The notes under the pieces: model-generated
Seen by the model: only the letters and a program-made list of their open reading frames with translations
What the model was told of the DNA's origin: nothing
Database searches by the model: none
Shown: positions 9,401 through 18,400 of the stretch, in pieces
How positions within the stretch are numbered: position 1 is the first letter of the stretch
How the letters are laid out: the number at the start of each line of letters is the position of its first letter
Program-made: the position numbers and the translations under genes
Assembly: GCA_038231135.1 (NCBI GenBank)
Contig: JBBRLX010000011.1
Span: 48,443-112,442 of the forward strand
Direction: 5' to 3'
DNA length: 64,000 nucleotides
Source of the DNA: Candidatus Eiseniibacteriota bacterium
GTDB taxonomy: Bacteria > Eisenbacteria > RBG-16-71-46

Positions 9401-12400
9401 TGGGCGAGATTGACGCCGGTGCCGAGCTCGGCGCCCGCGCCCACCAGGACGCGATAGGTCACGACGTCGGTCGAGCCGGCAGTCAGCGTGCCGAGCGCGA
9501 ATGCCAGCGTGGGGCCGGGCGCTCCCACCGGGTCCGCCACCGGCAGGCCGTTCACGCGCGCGGTGCCGCCCTGGTAGTGGAGACCCTGCGGGAGCCGGTC
9601 GGACACGGTCGTGCCGGTCAGCGGGCCGGCGCCGACGTTGCGCACCGTGACCGCATAGTCGACCACGCCGCCGATCTCGACGCGCGCCGGCTGGGCGGTC
9701 TTGGACACCGTGAGCACGCCGAGGCCCGCGACGCCGACCAGGTCCGAGTCGCGGTCGTTCCCGCCGTCCGGATCGCCCGGCGTGGCGGCGACCGCGGAGT
9801 TCGTGACCGTCGGCACCGCCAAAGGCCCGATCGCGACGACGATGGTGAACTGCGAGCTGTCGCCGGCCGCAATCGTGCCGCCGAACGTCGCGGTCACGAC
9901 GTTGCCGATGTTCGCGAACGACCAGCCGCCGGTCACGTCGCCCGACACGAATGTGAGTCCCGCGGGCAGCGAGTCGCGAACCGTGGTGGCGCCGGTGGTC
10001 GCCGCGGTGCCCAGATTCCGCAGGACGAACCGGTAGGTGCCGGTGCTGCCCACGCTGAAGCCGCCCTCATGGCGCTTGTCGAGGGCGAGATCGGGCAGCC
10101 CGTTTACGAGCGTGGGATCGTGCGACACGTCGTCGAGCGGATTCGACTCGCCCGCGGTGATCGCGACGGCGGAGTTCGTCACCGCCGGCAGCGCGGCCGC
10201 GCCCACGGCGACCGTGAGCGTGAACGCGAGCGAATCGGTCGGGGCGTTGCCGAGCGGCCCCGGATGGGTCGCCGTGACGACGGCGCCCAGCACCGAGAAG
10301 TTCCAGCCGGCGCCGAGCGCGCCGACGTAGGTCAGCCCCGCGGGCAGCGTGTCGAGCACGGTGATCGTGCCGAACGTCGCGGCGGTGCCGTGATTGCGCA
10401 CCACCAGCGAATACGTGCCGTTGCTGCCGATCGTGAACGCCAGGGCGTGGCTCTTGCGCAGCGCGAGGTCCGGGATGCCGCCGATCGCAGTGGGATCGGC
10501 GTCGCCGTTGTTTGCCGCGTTCCACTCGTTCGGCGTGGCGACGCTGGCGGTGTTGATCACGCCCGGCACCGACGCCGGTCCAGCGTGGGCGGTGAGCGTG
10601 AACGTGACGCTGTCGCCCACGGCGAGCGGGCCGGGATTCGTTGCCGTGACGACCTGGCCGTTCGTGGCGAAGCTGAACCCCGCGCCCGCGCCGCCGACGT
10701 ACGTGATGCCGGTGGGCAGCGAGTCGACGACCGTGATCGCCCCCGACGTCGCGGCGAAGCCGGCGTTCGTGACCACGAACGTCCAGGTGCCGTTCTGGCC
10801 GTCGGCGAACGCAGTGGTGTGGCGTTTGTCGAGCACCAGGTCGGGCAGTCCGAGCACGACCGTGGGATCCACGTCGCGGTCGTCCGCCGGATTCGGATCG
10901 CCCGCGGTGCGGACGGTGGCGGCGTTGATCGCGAGCGGCACCGCGGCGGGAGCGACGGCCGTCACCATTGTGAACGTGGCGCTGTCGGCGGCGGCGATCG
11001 GCGCGGCGTGCGTCGCGGTGACCACGCCGGCCGCCACGGCGAACGTCCAGCCCGCGCCGTTGCCGCTCGCAAACGTCAGCCCCACGGGCAGCGTGTCCGT
11101 CACCGTGGTCGCGGCGAAGGTCGCGGCGGTGCCCAGGTTGGCGACCGCGAACGTGTAGCTGCCGGGCTGGCCGATCGTGAACGGCGCCGCGTGACGCTTG
11201 TCGAGCGCGAGCTCCGGCACGCCGCCAACCAGCGCGACGTCGGAATCGCGGTTGTTGGACGGCTCGACATCGTTCGTCGCCTGCACGGTCGCGGAGTTCA
11301 GCACCGCGGGCACGGCGGCCGCGCTCAGGTTCACGGTGAGGTCGAACCGCGCGCTGTCGCCGGGCGCGATCGGCAGCGGATAGGTCGCGGTGACGACGTT
11401 GCCGTTGATGCCGAACGACCAGTTCGCGCCGGCGCCCGACAGGTACGAAGTGCCCGGGGGCAGTGTGTCGGTCACCGTGATCACGTTGATGGAGGCGAGG
11501 CTGCCCACGTTCGTCGCGACCAGCGTCCAGGTGCCGGTGCCCGAGTCCGTGAATGGCCCGGTGTGGCGCTTGTCGAGCGCCAGATCGATCACGCCGTTCA
11601 CGGCCGTGCTGTCCGAGTCCTGGTCGTTCGACGGATCGAGGTCGTTGGCTCCGACCAGGCGCGCGGTGTTCACCACACCCGGCACCGCCGCGGCGTCCGC
11701 CGTCACGTGCAGCGTGAACTTCGAACTGTCGCCCGCGGCGATCGGGCCCGGATTCGTGGCGGTGACGACCTGGCCGGACGCGGAGAAGTTCCAGCCCGCG
11801 CCCAGTCCCGAGACGAACGTGATGCCCAACGGCAGCGAATCGACGACGGTGATCGTGCCCGCGCTGGCGCCGGTGCCGAGGTTCGTCACCACGAGCGTCC
11901 ACTTGCCGGGCTGTCGGTCGGCGAAGTCGGCGGAATGCCGCTTGTCGATCGTGAGGTCGGCGACGCCGGTGACGGCGGTGGAATCGGTGTCGGTGTCGCT
12001 GGCGGGATCGGTGTCGCCCGCGGTGCTCGCGTGCGCCGTGTTCACGACGCCGGGGAACGCGGCGGCCGCGACGGACGCCGTCACCGTGAACTTCGCGCTG
12101 TCGCCGGCGGCGATCAGGCCCGCATGCGTCGCGGTCAGCACGGACCCCGCGGTGCCGAATCCCCAGCCCGCTCCCGCCGCCGACACGAACGTGACGCCCG
12201 CCGGCAGCGTGTCCACGACCGCGACGGGGCCGGTGGTGGCGCCGGTGCCGGCGTTCACGATCGCGAGCGTCCACGTGCCGGTCTGACCCACGACGAACGG
12301 CGCGGTGTGGCGTTTGTCGAGCACCAGGTCGGGCAGGCCGGTGACGGGCGCCAGATCCTGATCGCGGTTGTCGGCAGGATCGGTGTCGCTGCCGCCCGTG

Positions 12401-15400
12401 AGCGTGGCTGCATTCGTGACCAGAGGCACGGCGGCCGCGCCGACTGCGACCGTGATCGTGAAGCTCGTGCTGTCGTACGCCGGAATCGCGGCGGCGTAGG
12501 TGCCGGTCACCACGTTGCCGGCGACGGCGAAGCTCCAGCCGGTGCCCGACGCGGCGACGAACGTGAGCCCCGCGGGCAGCGTGTCGGTGACCGTCACCGC
12601 CCCCACCGACGGGCCGTGCGTGACGTTCTGCACGATCAGCGCGTACGTGGCGTTCTGGCCCTGCTGGAACACGGTCGTGTGGCGCTTGTCGAGCGTCAGG
12701 TCGGGCACGTTGCGCACCGGGGTCGGGTCCACGCCGCGATCGTTGCTGCCGTCGAGATCGCCGGGAATCTGCACCACGGCCGAGTTCGTCACGCCCGGGA
12801 ACGCCGGGAACGCCACGTTCACCGTGATCGTGAAGTTCGAGCTGTCGCCGGCCGCGATCGTGCCGGCGAGCGTGGCGGTGACGATCTGCCCGCTGGCGGA
12901 GAAGCTCCAGCCCGCGCCCGCGCCGCTCGCGAACGCGAGTCCGGCGGGCAGCGTGTCGACCACGGTCACCGTGGCGGCGGTGACCGACGTCCCGATGTTG
13001 TGGATGACCAACGTGTAGGTGCCCGGCAGCCCGACCTCGAACGTGGTGGTGTGGCGCTTCTCGAGCATCAGGTCCGACACGCCCGCCACCGGAGTGACGT
13101 CCGAGTCGCCGTTGTTCGCCGGGTCGAGATCGCCCGGGGTCGCGACGCTCGCCGAGTTCGTGACGCCGGGCACCGCCGCGGCGCCGACGGCCACCGTGAT
13201 CGTGAAGCTCGCGCTGTCACCGGCCGCGATCGGTGCGGCGAAGCCGGCGGTGACGGTCTGACCCGCCGCGCCGACCGCCCAGCCCGCGCCCGCGCCGGAG
13301 ACGAACGTCACGCCGGCCGGCAGCACGTCGGTGACGGTGGCGGGGCCGGTGGTGGCGCCGGTGCCGGCGTTGTGGACCACGATCGTCCAGGTGCCGTTCT
13401 GGCCGTGGACGAACAATGCCGTGTGGCGCTTGTCGAGCGTCAGGTCCGGCACGCTGCCGACCGTCGTGGAATCCGTTGCGCCGTTGTTCCCCGAGCCGAG
13501 GTCGCCCGGCGTCGAGACCACCGCGGTGTTGACCACGCCGGGAACCGCCGCGGCGCCGGCGAGCGCGGTCAGCGTGAAGCTCGCGCTGTCCTGGGCGGCG
13601 ATCGGTCCGGCGAATGTGGCGGTGACGACCTGGCCGTTCGGAACGAACGACCAGCCCGCCCCGGCGGCACTTACATAGGTGATTCCGGCGGGCAGCGAGT
13701 CCACGACCGTGGTGGCGCCGGACGTGGCGGCGGTGCCGGTGTTCGTCACCACCAGGGTCCACGTGCCGGGCTGGCCGTGGACGAAGCTCGCCGTGTGGCG
13801 CTTGGCGAGCGCGACGTCGGGAGTGCCGGCGACCGGCGTGAAATCGGAGTCGTAGCCGTCCCGGGGGTCGAGCTCGCCGGGCGTGGTGGCGTGGGCGAGG
13901 TTGATCACGGAGGGCACGGCGGCGGCGCCGGCGAGCGCGGTCAGCGTGAAGCTCGAGCTGTCCTGTACCGCGATCGGTCCCGCGAACGTGGCGGTGACGA
14001 CCGTGCCGTTCTGGACGAACGACCAGCCCGCGCCGGCGGCACTCACGTAGCTGATGCCGGGAGGCAGCGAATCGACCACCGTGGTGGCGCCCGCGGTGGC
14101 GGCGGTGCCGCGGTTCGTCACCACGAACGTCCAGGTGCCGTTCTGCCCGTGCACGAAGTTCGCGGTGTGGCGCTTGTCGAGGTAGACGTCGGGCACGCCC
14201 AGCACCGTCGTGGGGTCGGTGTCGCGGTCGTTGCCGGAGTCGAGGTCGCCGGGCGTGGATGCCGCGGCCGAGTTGATGACGCCCGGGACGGCGGCGGCGC
14301 CGGCGGCGGCCAGGATCGTGAACGTCGAGCTGTCACCCGCCGCGATCGGTACGGCGAACGTGGCGGTGACGACCTGGCCGTTCAGGACGAACGACCAGCC
14401 CGCGCCGGCGGCACTCCCATAGGTGATGCCCAAGGGCAGCGTGTCGACCACGGTCGTGGCGCCCGCGGTGGGTCCGGACCCGATGTTGCGCACCGCCAGC
14501 GTCCACGTGCCGGTCTGGCCGTGGATGAAGTTCGCGGTGTGGCGCTTGTCGAGCGTGACGTCGGGCGTGCCGGCCACCGGCGTGACGTCGGAGTCGGAGC
14601 CGTTGGTGGCGTCGAGCTCGCCGGGCGTGGTGGCGTGGGCGGTGTTCGTCACACCGGGCACGGCGGCCGCGCCGGCGAGTGCCGTGATCGTGAACCGCGA
14701 GCTGTCGCCCGCGGCGATCGCGCCGGCGAACGTGGCGGTGACGACCTGGCCGTTCGGGACGAACGACCAGCCCGCGCCGGCGGCGCTCACGTAGGTGATC
14801 CCCAAGGGCAGCGTATCGACGACGGTGGTCGTGGCTGCGGTGGCCGCGGTGCCGAGGTTGCGCACCACCAGCGTCCAGGTGCCGGTCTGGCCGTGGATGA
14901 AGTTCGCGGTGTGGCGCTTGTCGAGGACGACATCGGGCACGCCCAGTACGGTCGTCGGGTCGGTGTCGCGGTCGTTGCCGGAGTCGAGATCGCCGGGAGT
15001 GGACACCATGGCGGAGTTGACGACGCCCGGCACGGCGGCCGCGCCCACACTCGCCGAGATCGTGAACTTCGAGCTGTCGCCCGCCGCGATCGCGCCCGCG
15101 AACGTGGCGGTGACGACCTGGCCGTTCGGGACGAACGACCAGCCCGCGCCGGCGGCACTCACGTAGCTGATCCCTGAGGGCAGCGTGTCGACGACGGTCG
15201 TGGTGGCCGCGGTGGCCCCGGTGCCGAGGTTGCGAACCACCAGTGTCCAGGTGCCGGTCTGACCGTGGACGAAGTTCGCGGTGTGGCGCTTGTCGAGCGT
15301 CAGGTCCGGCACGCCGGTGATCGCGGTCGGATCGACGTCGCGATTGTCGGCCGCGTTCACGTCGCCGGGCGTCGTCACCACCGCCGAGTTCGATACCGAC

Positions 15401-18400
15401 GGGAACGCCGCGGGAGCGATGTTCACGGTCAGCGTGAAGCTCGCGCTATCCCCGGCCGCGATCGGGCCTGCCGACGTCGCGGTCACGATCGCGCCCGCGG
15501 CGCCGAATCCGAAGCCCGCGCCCGCGCCGCTCACGAAGCTCAGTCCCGCGGGCAGCGTGTCGACCACCGCCACGGCGCCCGTGGTGGCCGCCGACCCGGT
15601 GTTGCGGATCACGAACGTGTAGACGCCCGCCTGACCCACGACGAACGGCGTGGTGTGGCGCTTGTCGAGCGTCAGGTTCACGATGCCCGCGACGCTCGTC
15701 GGGTCGCTGGCGATGTTGTTCGACGGGTCGACCTCGCCCGGCGTCGAGACGGTGGCGCGGTTCGTCACCGCCGGCACCGCGGCGGGGCCGGCCGTGACCG
15801 TCAGCGACAGCTTGAGACTGTCGCCCGGCGCGATCGGGCCGGGATGCGTCGCCGTGACGATGCCGCCGGCGTTCGCGAAGCTCCAGCCGGCGCCGGCGCC
15901 CGACACGTAGCCGAGCCCGGCGGGCAGCGTGTCCAGCACGGTGATCGTGCCGATCGTCGCCGCGCTGCCCGTGTTGCGCACCACGATCGTATAGCTGCCG
16001 TTCTGGCCGTCGGTGAACGCCGCCGTGTGGCGCTTCTGGATCGCGAGGTCCACCACGCCGCTCACCGCGGTGGAATCCACCGCGCCATTGTTGCCGCTGC
16101 CGATGTCGCCCGGCGTCACCACGTGGGCGTGGTTCACCACCCGTGGCACCGCCGACGAATCGACGACCACGGACAGGATGAAGCCCAGGCTGTCGCCGGG
16201 CACGAGCGGCCCCGGATTCGTCGCGGTGACGACCTTGCCCGCGAGCGAGAAGCTCCAGCCGGCGCCGTTCAGCGACGAGAACGTGGTGCCCGGCGGCAGC
16301 GAGTCGGTCACGGTGATGAGGCCCGTCGTCGCGCCCGAGCCGGCGTTCGTCACCGTCAGTGTCCAGTTCTCCTCGCGGCGGTCGCGGAACGTGCCGGAGT
16401 GCCGCTTCGCGAGCGTCAGGTCGGGCGAGCCGTTCACGGCGGTGATGTCGCTGCCGTAGTCGTTCGACACGTTGGGATCGAGCGGCGTCGACGCCCACGC
16501 CACATTGGTGACCTGCGGCACCGCGGCCGCGGCGGCCGTGACGCCGATCGTGAACTGCAGGCTGTCGCCGATCGCGAGTGGCGCGACATGCGTCGCGGTC
16601 ACGATCTGGCCGGCGTTCGTGAACGTCCACCCGGAGCCGGCCGCAGTCACGTAGGCGATGCCTGCGGGCAGCGTGTCGCGCACCGTGATCACGCCCGAGG
16701 CGGCGGTGCCGAGGTTGCGCACGCTCAGCGTCCACGTGCCCGGGGAGCCGTCCTGGAACGCGACCGCGTGGGTCTTGGTCAGCGCGAGGTCGGGCACCGG
16801 CTGTGCGCTCACCGGCACCACGTCCACCGACCGGTTGTTGGCGGCGTTCACGTCGCCCGCGGCACTCGCGACCGCGGAATTGCTGGCGCTCGGGATCGCC
16901 GGCGCCGCGACGTTCACCGTGAGATTGAACAGCAGGCTGTCGCCGGGCGCGATCGGGCTCGGGTGGGTCATGGTGACGATCTGGCCCGAGACCGCAAAGC
17001 CCCAGCCGGCACCCGAGCCGGACGCGTAGGTGAGCCCTGAGGGCAGCGTGTCGACCACCGACAGCGTGCCCGTGGTGGGGATGCTGCCGGTGTTCGTGAG
17101 CGAGAACAGATACTGACCGGGCGTGGCCACGGTGAACGTGCTGGCGTGCCGCTTGACGAGCGCCACGTCGACGACGCCGGTGACGGCGGTCAGGTCGCTG
17201 GCATCGTCGTTCGCGGGATTGATGTCGCCGGTGGCGGCCACGTTCGCGATATTGGTGACGCCGGGAACGGCGCCCGCCCCGACGGCTACCGTGAGCGTGA
17301 ACTTCGCGCTGTCGCCCGCGGCGATCGGCGTGGACCACGTCGCCGTCAGCTCCGGGCCTGAGATCGCGAACGACCAGCCGGCGCCGGCGGCGGAGACATA
17401 GGAGAGTCCGGCCGGGATCGAGTCGAGCACGGTGACGGCACCCGTCGTCGCGGCGCTGCCGAGGTTGCGAACCACGAGCGTGTAGACGCCGATGCCGCGG
17501 TCAGTGAACGCCGCGGTATGGCGCTTCTGGATCGCGAGATCGACGATGCCGGCGACGGTGGTGACGTCGCTGCCGCGGTCGCCTGCCGCCACGGAATCGC
17601 CCGGTGTCGACACGGTGACGAAATTCGTCACCCCCGGCACCGCGGCCGGGGTGGTGGCGACCGTCAGCGTGAACAGCGCGCTGTCGCCGGCGGCGATCGG
17701 GCCCGGATTCGTCGCGGTGACGATCTGCCCGCTGGTCGCGAAGCTCCAGCCCGGTCCCGCGCCCGCCACGTAGGTCAGCCCCAGGGGCAGCGTGTCCTTC
17801 ACCGTGATCGCGCCGAACGTCGCGGCCGTGCCCACGTTCTGCACCACGATCGTATAGACGCCGTTCTGGCCGTCGGTGAAGCTGCCGGCGTGGTGCTTGT
17901 GCGCCTGCAGATCGGCGAACGTGACGGCGGCGACGTCGGTGGAGCGGTCGTTGGCGGGCACGAAGTCGAGCGGCGTCGACACCGTCGCCGAGTTCGAGAT
18001 CGACGCGACCGCCGACTGTCCGACGTGGACCGTGAGCGTGAACCGGCTGCTGTCGCCGGCGACGATCGGGCCAGGGTTCGTGGCGGTGACGACCTGCCCG
18101 ACGCGCGCGAAGCTCCAGCCGGCGCCGGCGCCCGCTACATAGGTGAGTCCCAGTGGCAGCGTGTCGCGCACCGTGATCGCGCCCGACGTCGGCCCCGGGC
18201 TCACGTTCGTGACCGACAGCGTGTACGCCGCGTCCTGGCCCGCGACGAACGTGGCGCCGTGCCGTTTGACGAGCTGCAGCTCCGGAATGCTCGCGACCGG
18301 CGTGGGATCGACCGCGCGGTCGTTGGCGGCGAACAGGTCGGCGGGCGTGGTGACCGCAGCCGTGTTCACCACTCCCGGCATCGCCGCCGGGCCGACGGCT

